A DNA stretch of 55,786 nucleotides from Catajapyx aquilonaris. Lineage: Eukaryota. Shown here piece by piece: positions 12,456-32,704 of this stretch. A model generated the notes under the pieces. The model was not told the DNA's origin. It ran no database searches and was given only the letters and a program-made list of their open reading frames with translations. A program made the position numbers and the translations under genes. The DNA is taken from positions 1-55,786 of the forward strand of contig KZ538656.1 of the NCBI GenBank assembly GCA_000934665.2. The letters run 5' to 3'. Each line of letters begins with the position of its first letter. Positions within the stretch are counted from its first letter, which is position 1.

Positions 12456-14107
12456 GAATGTTCCTACATTATTTTTATACCAATTGAGATGCTTGGTGAG
12501 CATTTAATATCTGGCATGCGTTGGTTTTCTTACTGCAGTGTTTCTCAAACTGTTTAAATTAAGAAGACCCACTTAGGTGAGCCAAAAGATACCATAGCCC
12601 ACTTAACAGTATATTGTGACAAATGTGACTTACTGAATCTGCCTTACCTTGTATATAGTTTGATTTTGCCTTTGAAAAATGTTAGTTTCCTGACATTATT
12701 ATGATTTGTGCTCTCTAAGCCACGGGACCTCTGGCAGGACATCCAATTATTTTAACTTTGCTTCTGCTGACCAGGATAGGAAAAAAAAATCATCATTTTC
12801 ACACAAGTGAACCTGTGCTATCATGGAACACCCTATACAATTGTACTATTGTACCTTTTTCTCACTCATAAGTCATCAATCTCATCACTCCTGTGAGAAT
12901 GAGCTTTTCTCCTCTCACTGGCCAAAGTTACACTGAAACCTTGATTCATCATTTATGTTGAGATCCATGGAAAGATCCTATGGATATGGGAAAACGATAA
13001 ATGCAGGAGCCTATGTTAAATAGGATTTGTTGGACTCGAGGAATTGAGTGACGAATGTGGGAACGATATATTCAGGTTTCACTGTATTTTTATTTGCCAG
13101 CAAAAGTCCAATAAGAATGTACAGTACCTTTCATAAAGAATGGTATGACTCTACATGGACGAAATGTTTATTCTGTTCCCAACCCCTGGGTCGCCAGCAT
13201 GTTTTTAGGGGTCACGAGGAAGTCTGGGAAGAGGGAATCAAAATTAAATAAAAAAAGAGAAGAGAAAAACAAAGCTAAGTAGGAAAATTTTAAGGGGGAA
13301 ATTCACATCAAATCTACGTAAGCATTGCACCGGGTTGAACATTTTGGTCATTAAAATTTTTATTTAAAAATTGGGATGGGTCATATGAGTCACCAGAGGT
13401 CCAGAAAAGGTTGTCCATAGGGTTTTGTCGAATTAAGGTTGGGATTAATGCTCGATAATCAGGATAAACATTTCGTCCATAGAGTCGTACCATTCTTTAT
13501 GAGCGGGACTGTACATTTTAAATTAGCTTGTTCATCTGGAGGGTGCTATGTGTCCACCAGTGTCTTAATTGTTTTATGGGACACGAATGACAAAAATGTT
13601 TTTAAATTATCCGCTATTTTTGGGATGCTGGTGTTATTTCATTTATTTGAACATTTGCATTAATTTGGCTGATACGTTATTCCCCCATTATTGGAATGTA
13701 ACCGCTGTTTTGGATATTAAAAAGAGGTAATCATCACCATCGTCATGTTTTGGATAGCCCTTTCTCCTTTTCAGGTATGTTGCACAGACCTATATAAGAC
13801 ATCAAATGTTGCTGTAATGTCCATGGAGGCCCCCAAAGGCAAAGAGGGGAGTGACCAGCCCTTACTAATCTAAGACGATGGGTTAACCATTGGATGTGTT
13901 CCCTGCCCAACAAGAGAGGGAGTCTGCTTCAAAACGAACTTACCAAATTGAGCAGAGCATGGGAATTAGGTCTGGCCCCAGTTTGCATAATAATAATTAC
14001 CCTGCCTTCCAAAACCTGGTTGCACGATCTTTTACCACTATGCCACTATTGAAATTAAGACCTGCTTATTAAAGCAGGCTGAAAATGAAAATTTGAAAAT
14101 TGTTCAG

Positions 14108-14330
14108 GGAAAGACTAACCCTTACTGGTGTGCGGGACGCGGCAGGGGGAGTGGTGGCTGGGGGCAGCTTGGCCATGTCGCAAAGGCAGATTGATATTTT
14201 GGATTTTGGAAGGGGTATTCTGTACCAACCTAACCTTCCTTCCTTGCGGATACAGACCTATCTTAGCGACACAGCCCGCTGCCCCCACCGACTACTACCC
14301 TCCCGCCCGCCAGTAAGGGCAAGTACAGCC
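14108..14330. mobile_element. MITE, same family as 22450-22751
   Basis: Reverse-complement match to 22450-22751, including the CTTACTGG/CCAGTAAG ends and the AACCT motif. Confidence 0.72.
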
Positions 14331-14753
14331 TTGTTCATCAGTAATGAACGTACTATAACCACCACATTATTCACGACACTGTGACATGTTTTTTTTGTGA
14401 AGTGTGGCCATAGCACAAGTCAACAGTTCATTAGCAAAAAACTGGCAAGTGTTAAGTGTTACAATCATCCCTAGTGTCCCCAACTACCAATTTTTCATGC
14501 TGCAGGAGAGTTCATGATGAAGTGTCACAGATCGTGATCTAATAATTTCCTGAAGGTATAATTCCAAGAGTGAAGACAATCCCTTGTTTCATAATAAAAT
14601 CTGAAATAAAAATAACCACTGGTCTATTTGAATTGGAATGGTCCTGCCACTCAAACTCTATACCACAGATTATGTGCATTCAGGTCAATAAAGAAAACTT
14701 TGGCTTTTTAATCCAGTGCCCTCATTTATTAAAGTAAATCCTCGTTGCTAGGC

Positions 14754-17402
<2,649 letters not shown>

Positions 17403-17524
17403 TTTGCTTGAAGACGCCATTGGGCCCACCGTTGAGTGACTCCCTGCTGCCTGCCAGATACTCTCAGGCCGGATGTGGCTGGCACCCTCTGCAGGCGCCA
17501 CAAGCACTCTGGTGTCAGGACGTC

Positions 17525-17535
17525 GCAAAGAGGAA
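17525..17535 (-). promoter_or_regulatory. TCT/TOP-type initiator of RpS3 (likely TSS near 17530)
   Basis: Minus strand TTCCTCTTTGC, a polypyrimidine initiator typical of ribosomal-protein genes, ~110-130 nt upstream of the ATGs. Confidence 0.6.
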
Positions 17536-18092
17536 TAACTCGATTTAGCTCGTCGAATTCATGTAAATAGCTAAAAATTATAACGTCATATATTTTAAAC
17601 AATAGGGGGTGTCTAAATATTTTTTTAAATGTGATTTTCGGATATATTGTTTGATTGGTGCTGATTTTAGGCAGTAGATGGCAATGATGCAAATGCAGCA
17701 GTGCCACCTAGTGACAAAATTTCATACTGTATAAGCTATTGAGCTAGTAACACTTTATAATATTAGCTACAAACAGCCACGGTGCCACACCGCAGATAAT
17801 AACGTGGCTCAATATTAGTCAGCCAGTAGAATTTAATAATAAACATGTTTTCAGACTTAACCGTAAATACATTTTTGTAAATTTGCGAGTCCAACCCAAA
17901 TTTTCATGCAACTAATGCGCTTATTAGCTGTTAGATGGGTGCCATTCTGTAATATCAGCTTCGAGAGCAACTTATCTGCTCCATTGATATTACTCTATCA
18001 GTCATCATAGTCACAAGCGTGGTCACAAGTCTCGCAATTTTTACGGTGGATCTACTCATGCAATAATTTGACATTTAAGCCTGGAGAAGAAG

Positions 18093-19008
18093 ATGATGCT
18101 TTCACCTGCATCCAGCGTGTGGCGTCAATGGGCATGGTCGAGTGTAGCATTGCTCAGTGCTGGTGTCTTTGTGTTGATTGTGATTAGCAACCTAGAAGAT
18201 GAAGGGGAGAGGCAGTTCAAGGATTTCCTAAGGAAATACGGCCGATTTTACCTGACGAGGGACAAGGAAGAGTACACCAAGAGGCTCAATATCTTCAAGG
18301 TGGTAATCATGTGGCAAGACATTCAGTACTAAGGCGTGATACAATCCAACAATTTTTCACTGTCATTGCAAAAGTTATAGCATGCGACTGTCAGTCCATT
18401 ATCAGATACATTTTTATGCGTAATATTTGCTGAGAATAATAAGTTTAGCTACAGTGCGGAAACCGAAACGGCGATCATGGAAATACCCTCACAGAACAAT
18501 ATGAGTAAAACTGTAGCAAAAAAACAACAATGTAAGAAACAATGATCGTCGTTTGGTTTTCCGCACTTTACGTAGTCTTTTTACAAGTACTACCATGCAA
18601 TGATGTAGAAAGAAAAAAGGGTATGTATGCAGTGGTTATCATATCATTGGGCATACCTGTGTTATCAAATTGCACGTTGGCAAATAGGGGCACATGTTAA
18701 AACAATGTCCATTTTGTGTTATGAATAGAGTAGGTCCATAGCAGGGTGCACCTTGAGCAGGAAAAGAAGCACAACTCGATGCCCAATATACCAACAGCAG
18801 ATGAAGCCTATATCTCACTTTTATGTTACATTTCACAACTGTTGCTGATATAATTATATTTCCAAAGTGATCTATAAAAGTGTAATTTTGAGACTTGGGC
18901 TCCTATTCTTGCCGACGTGCAATATATTTTGACATATCATAGGTGTGTTCTTAGCTGTGTGACTGGGTTTATGAGGTTACACCTGCACCTTTTCCCTAAT
19001 GTCTGGTG

Positions 19009-19068
<60 letters not shown>

Positions 19069-22000
19069 TCAGCAAGCACTTCTAACGATAGAGAATCTCA
19101 ACTCTGGCCGGAACTCACCAAATGCTGCCGTATATGGGGTAACAAAATTTTCCGACATGACCCCAGAAGAGTTTCAGGTCCAGTTATTACAGTTCAAGAC
19201 CACCAATAAAACCCGCAATGACCATCATAAACATCATCACAGCAGACGAGCTACAGACACACTACCAAATAAAGTAGATTGGCGTTCTAAAGGTGTTGTA
19301 ACACCTATCAAGAACCAGAAGGATTGTGGAGCCTGTTGGGCTTTCAGTGTTGTTGAGACAGTTGAAACCATGTCTGCCCTTCAGAAGGGCAGTTCACTTG
19401 AGGAGCTGAGTGTGCAGCAAGTGATAGACTGTGCCCAAAATGGAAACCACGGCTGTAACGGTGGTGACACCTGCTCTGTCCTTGAATGGCTAAGTGAGGC
19501 TAATGTAAACATCACTAAGGAAAAAGACTATCCACTGACCCTGGATAGGGACAGCACTTGTAAAACGAGGTAAGTCACAAAATCATACACATGAATGCAT
19601 GCTGTAGGAAGTGAAGAAAAGAATCAAATGAAAAAGTATGTGAAAGAAATAAAAATATTCTGAGCAATTTTTACATGGTAATGCAGAGGTCTCAGAATTA
19701 GTGAACTTATGTATTTAACATGTGACATTAATTAGACTATTTTGGCATACAAAAAGTACAGTACTTCATACATGTGGGTTGTATTATTCCATGGGAGGCT
19801 TGAAGTCAGCTTGAGGCAGGTGATACTCTGCAGTTCACCCAGTCACTCTCAGACTCTGCATGCCTCTCATAGCATGCGCTGGGTGTTCTATATGGTGTGT
19901 CCAAATGAAAAGATGACAGGCGTTGTAGCACACATCCCCGGCATGATGTAAAAAAGCACAGTGTGCCGATTTGTTACTGGTTCCATACTCGACTTCACCT
20001 GTGAGTTACATGCATATGATGTCAGTCATTCTTGGACAGGAATTATTAATGGCTAGCAAGTTGAGTCATGTGCCCTGCCAGTATGCCCTGACGATTTCAG
20101 CCTTTGTCGCATGACCCGACATCCACCAGGTCTCTCAAATCATAGAAGTGACCACTGTGGGGACAAACAAGTTATAGAAATGGTTTGGTTGGTGTGTGTT
20201 TTGCTAAATTTGCAGCTAATTCTGCAATGTCTCTGGTGCTGTGGTCCCATTTTTGAAAACCACTTGTGCTTCTTGCATGAGGCTTTCAACTTCACTCTGG
20301 AGGTGAAGGTCTTGGACTTGGAGTTCCAGAGAGATGTTGGATGTGGCCCTGAAGGTCGTGTCTGGTCACTACTCACTCATCCTAACAGTGGTCACTTCTT
20401 GCGATTCAAGGGCCCTGGTGAACTTTGGGTCTTGCACTGGACGGACATGCGACTCACCCTGCTAGCTATCAAAAATTTCTATTCAAGAACGTCTGATGTC
20501 ATACACATGCAACTCACAAGTGAAGTCAAGTATGGAATCAGTAACAGATTGGCACACTCAGATTTTTTATGTCATGCCAGGGGTGTGTGCTACAACGCTT
20601 GTCACCTTTTCAGGACCACCCATATAGTAGTAGTAGTAGAATTCTGGTGTATTCTGGACAGTACAGATGCATGTTTTCTTTATGTAATATGGCCCCTAAT
20701 GCAACCCATCTATTTGACCTGGGTCTCATCAGTCATAGAACAATATTATTCAAGGCTGAAAGAAAAATTGGCCAAGTTGGACTTACATGTGCCAGTACAG
20801 TTCTGGTCATATATCGAGGCAACTGCCAGCGACATTTTCCAAAGCGGCAGAAGAAGGAATCTTGCTCGCCCATGCTTGAAGTATGCTTATCTTCGATTCC
20901 TTCTTCTGCCGCTTCGGAAAATGTCGCTGGCAGTTGCCTCGATATATGACCAGAACTGTACATGTGGGATGGTCCGTAAAGTACTTTTTATTCCTTCCAC
21001 CCTGTTCCTACCCCCATGACATTCACAGTTACACTGGGCCTGAACCCCCGCTATAATGTACATCATGGTCCTCTGGACCTCCCCAACTATTGGTTTTCTT
21101 TTCATGCTACAGTATTGACATTTCACTGAATTTGCTGCTAAATTTCTTTTACTGTGATAAGGCTAATCATGATGGCATGACCCATCACTCTCCCCCTCAT
21201 CTCCCAACATACGATGTGCTGTATGTGTGTCCCTCGTGCAATTTAACCCTGTAATGCCCCTTGGGTCATATCTGGCACACCATTTAGTACAATTTGGCAC
21301 ACTTACAGAAAATATAAAAATGGCAAAAGTTGCAAAAATTGCACTAAATGGTGTGCCAGATATGACCCAGTGGGCATTACTTAGATTAGTGGCATTACAG
21401 GGTTAAGGGATTCAAGTGTAATTTTGACTTCATTACATTTTCACATGTTTACCACCTAATCCTCTGGTTTAGTGCTAATATATTGCAAATGTCATCTGCA
21501 GTAAACCTATTAGATTCTTATGGATACAAGTGTAAGTAATAGTGGCCACATTTTGATGCTCATGCCAGCTTATTCTAAGTTTGGCCATATACGAGGATTG
21601 TTCAAAAAAGAAACCGAACTTTTTAAATAGGGCGTCAACCAGCACAAAGAGCGTATTGAGGCTACTGACAGCACCTAACGGCATGTCTTGACAACAAATT
21701 GCCATTTGCCACTTTCCGCTATGACCATTGGTCATCGAGATACATCCTCTTAAGTGAGCACTTTGACAAGCTGTTCGTTGAATTTATTTATTTTTTGTTT
21801 ATTTATTTACCCCGTTTCAGGGCAGGGCCCTCTTGGAGGGACAAACTGTTCGTTGAATTAGTGAGAAAGTGAAAATGAGAGATCTGGAAAAACAACGTGT
21901 TTGTGTGAAATTTTGCTAAAAGATGAGTAAAAATTTTACAAAGACATTTCAATTGCTTTACCAAGCATACTTGGGAAGGGTCTCCTCGACCAAAAGAGGC

Positions 22001-24219
22001 ACTGATCAGTCGGTCAAAGGTCAAGGTGATGTTAGTTGTGTTTTTGGATTGGAAAGGCATTTTTGTTTGTGAATTTGGACCATGTTGTCAGATTAGCAGA
22101 CAAATCATGTTGTACCAGAATTTTTTAGTGCATTTGAGGGCTGCTGTGCCCAGGAAAGGCCTAAATTGTGGGAAAGCCAGACTTGGATATTGAGCCATGG
22201 CAATGCACTGGCTCACACATCACTCCTCGTCATCAGTTATCTGGCAAAACATCAGACATCTGTTGTGCCAATCTACCCAATTTTCCGGACTTCGCCCCAG
22301 AAGACTTCTTGCTATATTCAAAACTTAATACCAATTTGAAATGACGTCATTTCCAAACCATAGAGGCGATTCAGGACAATGCGACGAGAGCGCTGCCCGC
22401 CAACACAGAAAGTGCGTTCCTCCAACAATGGAAGAAAAATTAAAAACTGGGATAGAGTTGGCATTACTGGCGTGCGGGAGGGTAGTAGTCGGTGGGGGCA
22501 GCGGGTTGTGTCGCAAAGGCAAGGATAAAGGATAGGCGTGTATCCGCTGAAGATAGGTCTGTATGGGTGAAGATAGGTCTGTATCCGCAAGGAAGGAAGG
22601 TTAGGCTTGGTTAGGTTAGGTTGGTACACCATACCCCTTCTGAAATCCAAAAAATCAATCTTTGCATCCTTGCCTTTGCAACACAGCCAAGCTGCCCCCA
22701 GTCACCACTCACCCTGTCGGCTCGCGCATGCCAGTAAGGCCTACTCTTTCCAAAAACTGTCTATCGCCAGTAGAGCGAACTACTTTGAAGGGGACAGTGC
22801 TTAAAATGTTGCAAATTAAGTAATAGAGTCTGTATAGCAAAAGTTCGTTTTTTTTTAACAGCCCTCGTACAGTGCTGTACAATGTTTTGCAATAATTTCT
22901 GCCTCAACTTATACTGTAGCACCTAAATGTGAAGGAAAATTATATTCACTGTAAATTATATATTTTGTCATTTTTTCAGACCCTCTGCAGGTGTCAGAAT
23001 ATCACCCAGATTTACCTGTGAAAAGTAAGTGTGAGTTTTGCCATTTTGTGGTTAAAAGTTATGATGTACATTTTGGCTAACATCATCTTGTTCCTCAACA
23101 TCAGCCTAGTGGGCAGCGAGGATGACATGATATACCGCCTGGCAACCCATGGCCCTCTTGTGACTGCCATAGATGCCCAGACCTGGCAGTATTACCTGGG
23201 AGGGATCATTCAATTCCACTGTGAGCAGAACATCAACCATGCTGTTCAGGTTGTGGGCTACGACAAGTCTGCTGCCATACCACACTATATAGTCCGAAAC
23301 TCTTGGGGAGAGGACTTTGGAAACCAGGGATATCTGAACATTGCCATAGGGAGCAATTTATGTGGTGAGAGACTGACTTGTTATATGTTTTTGCAAATCA
23401 TTTTAGTTTGTCATATCCATAGAACATTTCATAAGTCATACTCTCTGTTCTTATTGATGTAACACCTTTGTTGTAACGTAGTCATAGTCCAGATTGTATC
23501 AATGTTTGATCACTGTTTTGACAGTTTGTATTTCATTATTGTTCGTTATGTACTCAACTATTAGCAACAAGGGCCATTCACATGTGCTACAAACCTCGAT
23601 TTTCAACCACGATTCTGAGGGGCAAAGTCAGGATTGTTTGGGGACTGTTCACAAGACCCACGTCCTTTTCGTGATTTTCGGTAGATGGGTCTGGAAGCAC
23701 TCCCTCCCGCCTGGTGAAAAAATGACTAATAGCATGGAAGAATGCAATCTACGTTATTGCACAGGTCCTGGCTGCCTGCAGAGCGAAGGGGCAGACGGGG
23801 CCAAGCAGAGAGCCCCCATGTTGCTTGGCTAATAACTGGTCTGGAGGGGGGAGTGACGTCAGGATCACGACTGGAAACCTGGCAGTCAACTTCTACGAGC
23901 TGATTCCTTGAGTCAGCTTCACAACCACGATCAGATGGACGAAGGGCATGTGTGAACCCCCCAACCGTGATTTTCAGGGGGAATAATCATGATCTGTGTG
24001 GCACATGTGAATGGCCCTAATGACATGCAGGCTGTCAAAACTTGGATCAAAAAGTGATACATTCTGGCCTTCGCAGTGGCATATTGGCTAATATATCAAT
24101 ATTAAGTTAAGAGCATCTAAATGATACTAGTTAAGTACACTTACATATTAGTATATTCATTACATGCATTTTTCTTTGCAGGAATAGCTAGGGAAGTGTC
24201 TGTCCTGAGCGTCCTTTGA
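18093..24219 (+). CDS. CTSO: Cathepsin O-like papain-family (C1A) cysteine protease; exons 18093-18299, 19073-19569, 22980-23024, 23105-23364, 24182-24219 (348 aa)
   Basis: N-terminal hydrophobic segment, I29 prodomain (FKDFLRKYGR..Y...EEYTKRLNIF; YGVTKFSDMTPEEF), catalytic motifs QKDCGACWAFS, NHAVQVVGYD and RNSWG, and GCNGGDTCSVLEWL as in cathepsin O. All junction phases are consistent; the first donor could alternatively be at 18302. Confidence 0.9.
19010..19067 (+). repeat. (TTA)n microsatellite
   Basis: Perfect TTA run ending just before the acceptor AG at 19071-19072. Confidence 0.95.
20798..20958. mobile_element. Short hairpin MITE with TA TSD
   Basis: TA|CAGTTCTGGTCATATATCGAGGCAACTGCCAGCGACATTTTCC...reverse complement...CAGAACTG|TA; arms ~60 bp. 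Confidence 0.85.
21247..21402. mobile_element. piggyBac-like MITE
   Basis: TTAA|CCCTGTAATGCC...GGCATTACAGGG|TTAA with internal inverted repeats. Confidence 0.82.
21592..22867 (+). mobile_element. Decayed, internally deleted mariner transposon
   Basis: TA|CGAGG...CCTCG|TA termini. Frameshifted transposase remnants: KQRVCVKFC, PRPKEALISRSKVKVMLVVFLDWKGI, WILSHGNALAH (HHDNAPAH-like), PDFAPEDF (YSPDLAPxD-like) and YFEG. Confidence 0.88.
22450..22751. mobile_element. MITE with GG...CC termini and 8-bp TSD (Merlin/Mutator-like), nested in the mariner
   Basis: TIR GGATAGAGTTGGCATTACTGGC / GCCAGTAAGGCCTACTCTTTCC; TSD AAAAACTG at 22442-22449 and 22752-22759; internal GGTTA repeats. Confidence 0.8.
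23571..24017. mobile_element. PIF/Harbinger-like MITE
   Basis: GGGCCATTCACATGTGC...GCACATGTGAATGGCCC flanked by CAA and TAA. Confidence 0.75.
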
Positions 24220-24878
24220 AACAGGTGTACTTGTAATGCACTATGATAGTGTGAACGGAAATGCTCTCAGGTAAGGTTGTTGAGTAATTTTTAAGTCAAT
24301 GACAAGGTTAATATCAGTGCCACTAGAATCTTGTTTCAAAAGCAACCAAATGATTGTTGAACTTGATCTTCTGTTCATTTATTCTGTGATGGAACTGGCA
24401 TTTTATCTTACAATGGCATAATTTTAATGCTGTGTACATATGAATTGCCAATAGATAAGAAAGTCATTTCATATTTGATAAATGTTGATGAGTGTGTGGA
24501 AGAAAAATAGTGTTAATGTAACACTGCCAGATTTTGTATTTTTGAAAGATTAAAGATGTCTGTAATTAATATAGGTTTTATCCCAGATAAGGAAAATAAG
24601 CACAATTTTTTATCACTAAACTATTATTTTATTCCTAGTGCCAACTATGCTAAACAAAATGGAATGGTCGTACCATCTTCCAGAACAAACCAATTGTGAT
24701 ATTTAAATGTAAAAGTAACAGACCATTTACAGTGTTTAATTGTTGCCTTGGTTCATTGAGTTGAATTTCAATTGTAAATATCATGTGATATTTTTTCAGT
24801 CGTGAATGGCATTCCCCAAAATGTTAAAAGAGAAATCGAAATGAAATTAGAAAAATAATAAGATGTTGACTGTGAACC

Positions 24879-29222
<4,344 letters not shown>

Positions 29223-30078
29223 ATTTCTGACGATTGTTGCTGTTCAGTTTTCCCGCTTCCTGCTGCCTTACCAGTCGGTGTGACTTCAGATAAATAGCTC
29301 GCGAAATGAGAGCATTAAAGCGTCATGGCACAGTGCAATTTGCCAAGGAAAAAGGTCCACGTCTTTTGCGTCCAAGGATCCGACTCCAACTGACCTCTTG
29401 GTCTTGCACTCCACCAATAGACCTTGACCTCTTCTTTTGGAAAGGAAAAAAAAAAATGTTACAAAATACGGAAGCTTTTTAAAGCGCCTTTTAGTTTTAT
29501 CTCAAAGCAAGGCCACACAGGCATTAGAAAAACGAACCTGCAGTAAATATTTTTGGGGGTAAAATTTTCTAGCGTGTAAGGTATAACAATTTCGAATGTT
29601 TAGTAGTAAATGAGTCGGTAAATAATTTGATTTTAAATTATGTTTGATTGCTCTTTTATTTGAACCTTTTAGTGAAAACTGTATGTGCTCATTAAAGAAT
29701 AAAAGTATCACATAGCGCAGAATTTTATCGCTGTAATACTGACCTATGTTGCGATATGCACAGTTCAAGGGCTTGTTTTATCACCCTTTCGCAGTGCCCG
29801 TCAATATTGAGGTCAACTGCATATTCTGTAATAATGAGCGATGAAGATAAAGAAATGTGAATGGATTTTTCTGCCGAGAGCGGATTATGAGAGATCAGAC
29901 CAATTAGACATTTTGTCACGATTATTTTACCACACCTTTATATAGGATTAAGTGGCGATGAAAGATAATCGTACTGAACTGACATACTGTATATAAATTT
30001 AAATTTCTAAGCGGTAGTACGTGTGGGCCTACATTATAAGTTGTTGCCATATTAAACCTACGAAGTGAGCTTGTTATA

Positions 30079-30272
30079 CAGGGTGATCTAAAGTCGAAAG
30101 TCGAAAGTCTAAAGATACATAGGTAATTGGATTGTATTGTTGGTTGCCAGTTTTGACAACGAGCAGATCGTTGTCAGTAATGAGTATAGGATGAGTGGGT
30201 ACAGTTGCCACTTGGAATTGGCACATCAACTGAAAACCAACAATACAATATCCTGCCTGTAGCGTCACCCTG
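30079..30272. mobile_element. Tc1/mariner-type MITE (short TIR)
   Basis: TA|CAGGGTGA...TCACCCTG|TA. Confidence 0.55.
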
Positions 30273-30325
30273 TATATCTTGACCGCTTACCGCGTCGTCG
30301 ATGATGGAGCATATCTGCAAATTTT

Positions 30326-30442
30326 TATTTAAAAAAAAACCATCACATTACAGGCAAATGATTAAAGTCGGTGAATTAAAAGATTATCCCCTAAAAGGCC
30401 CAAGGAGGCCTATCACGGGGTATCCATTATTATTATTATTAT

Positions 30443-30487
<45 letters not shown>
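30326..30487 (+). mobile_element. 5'-truncated SINE/LINE 3' tail with (ATT)n(GTT)n microsatellite tail
   Basis: Matches the tail of the 40248-40560 SINE (GATTAAAGTCGG...GGCCTATCACGGGGTATCCATTATT); 15-bp TSD ATATCTGCAAATTTT at 30311-30325 and 30488-30502. Confidence 0.85.
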
Positions 30488-31124
30488 ATATCTGCAAATT
30501 TTAATATTCAATTTTTATTTTCATTTGACTACCAACTGACGACATATGTAGGCTACTTGTATTTAAAAGCACTGAAATTGAAACTGGTAGCGATATTTTT
30601 TTGCTGCTCTTGCGGACAGGTAGTTGTGGTTCTCCCTGAATTGGCAGCATCCACGTGATATAGTGAAAGCTCTGAATTCGACAAAGAAAGTCGTAACGGA
30701 TGTCAGTTTTTGTAAAGTTGGTCTCTTCTCGGAAGAGTTCACTATACCTTTCCCTCCACTAAATCCGCTTTTGCAAACTCATTTCATCTGAGAGCCCAAC
30801 TGATTTCTCCGACAAAAATCCCCTCAAGGACTTATAAATAGTCCCTGAGGTTTTCCAGTTGTGTTTGTGGAAAGTCGGGAGACTAGTGGTGACTCAAACC
30901 TCGCCGCTGATGGAGGGACCCAAATTGGAAAAATTCCAGTTAGGTAGATAACCGATGAGTCGTCTCCTAGTCTTTTTTGCACGACCCTTGCATATACGTC
31001 CAGTAACTCTCGAGAAATAAGGATATTGGTCACAACTTCACTGTTTGACCTGCAGAGCGGTAGCAGCATCGCCCCCGACCAGCCTGCCATCTGGACGCAT
31101 GCTATTCAACTTTTGGGCTATTAA

Positions 31125-31230
31125 TAGTGGATCCTACATTACCAGCAAAGAAATGGCGCCGTTTCAAAAACGTAGACTACTCCTGGAGAGAAGGCGAAAG
31201 TGATTGACGCTCATGAGAAGAAATGAGGCG
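31125..31230 (+). mobile_element. Possible pogo/Tigger transposase 5' remnant
   Basis: MAPFQKRR then, after a frameshift, EKAKVIDAHEK, resembling the N-terminal CENP-B-type helix; preceded by TIR-like TAGTGGATCCT. Confidence 0.3.
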
Positions 31231-32704
31231 GAACAAGCGTTATTAGTCACCTCTAGTAAGTTACGTCTGAGTCTATTTCCGCCTAAAGTAACCTCAAACC
31301 ACTATCAAAGCCAAGAGGCAGAAAAGGTGGGTCTGAAAGGGGGGCGGGAGAGAAGGCGGGGGGTATAGGAGGGTTGTAAGGAGGAGGGGGTTAAGCTGTT
31401 AATTCCGCCAGCAGAAGCTTGGCTGGTTAGTCAGGGTTGGGAGTAGTGCAAGTTGAACGTGTGTGGGGTTGCCCTCCCGTGCACGTGTGTGTGGACGTGT
31501 GTGGTCTGGATTATTTTGTGTTGTGCGAGTGTCGTCTGAAGAATATTGCTTGGAGGTAAGTTGTCGCCGATTTTATATGTTGCAATTTTCATTATGACAA
31601 TTCTGTCAAACGGTACATAATTAGTACATAAACATTGTGTTTGAACAGCAGTTACATTTGCATATGTGCCAAAAAGAATAATATAAACGTAGACGCTTTC
31701 TGTCACACAATTCGTAGTTTCAATCGTGTCTTTGAACTAGGAGGGCTTTTTTTTTGTGGACAAGGATGCGGATGTTCTTAGACGCAGATAATTTCGTTAC
31801 GTCACATGCGGCGAAGTGTTGGCGCGTGACAGGATGCACGCACGATTTGCAACCACCAAAAGAAAAAGATTGGTTAAAACGTATGGAATAAATTAGCGTG
31901 TCTTTAAATTTATGTGCCCTCTAGGGATGACGTCAAGCTTGACGAGGATAAGATACGAGGTTTCTTTTATTTAAAGAAACCTTTGCTTCCTGTCGATAAC
32001 ACGAGGCGCCACCTGCTGATCTTGACTCAATTGCTTCATGTTGGGGGAAGATATTTTTCAAGGATGACCTCCTGGTTGATTTATTGCCGGTATTCTCGCA
32101 ATATGTCATTGTAAAAAAGGATATGAAATAATTTACGTAGACCTTATCCGCATTGTCAACGGTGGCGCAATATTGCTTTCCTCGACCTTAACAATTCGGC
32201 GAACCGAGGAAAGTTTCTACGAAAGGTAGTTCCCGAAAGAAGCGGGAAAGTTCACGAACGTCCTTGTAAGGACAACGTCCTGAAGATTCACAAATGAGGT
32301 AACTCTCTGCAACGTGAAACAAGCAGGAATTTAAACTACCAGGAATTGTCGGTTGTCTTATTTGTTAGAATTAAAATACTATTGGAATTGAAGTATTTTC
32401 TACATTTTTGGAATAAGCCATAATAATGTCAGTTGGTGATACTCTGAAATCACAAGGTATATATTATTGGCGTAATCAGCAGAAAAGTTGCAATTATTAC
32501 TTCCACCTCCACCTCGCCCCCTTCAAAAAAAGGTGAAGCACAGCTTGCCATGTACGGTTCATAAAAATCTGGTTTTATTGCACCTTGTGATGACAGAGCG
32601 CAAGGTTTCAAACCTCTTACAGCCGCCGTCTTAAAACGGGTCTGTCCAGATGCAGTGAACTCAACTGCAACTTTTTTATTATCATTATTTCAGAAATTGC
32701 TAAG

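Noticed and set aside
20111..21019. 302-aa ORF in the cathepsin intron
   Set aside because: No recognisable domain; it runs through a palindromic MITE and is probably a chance ORF.
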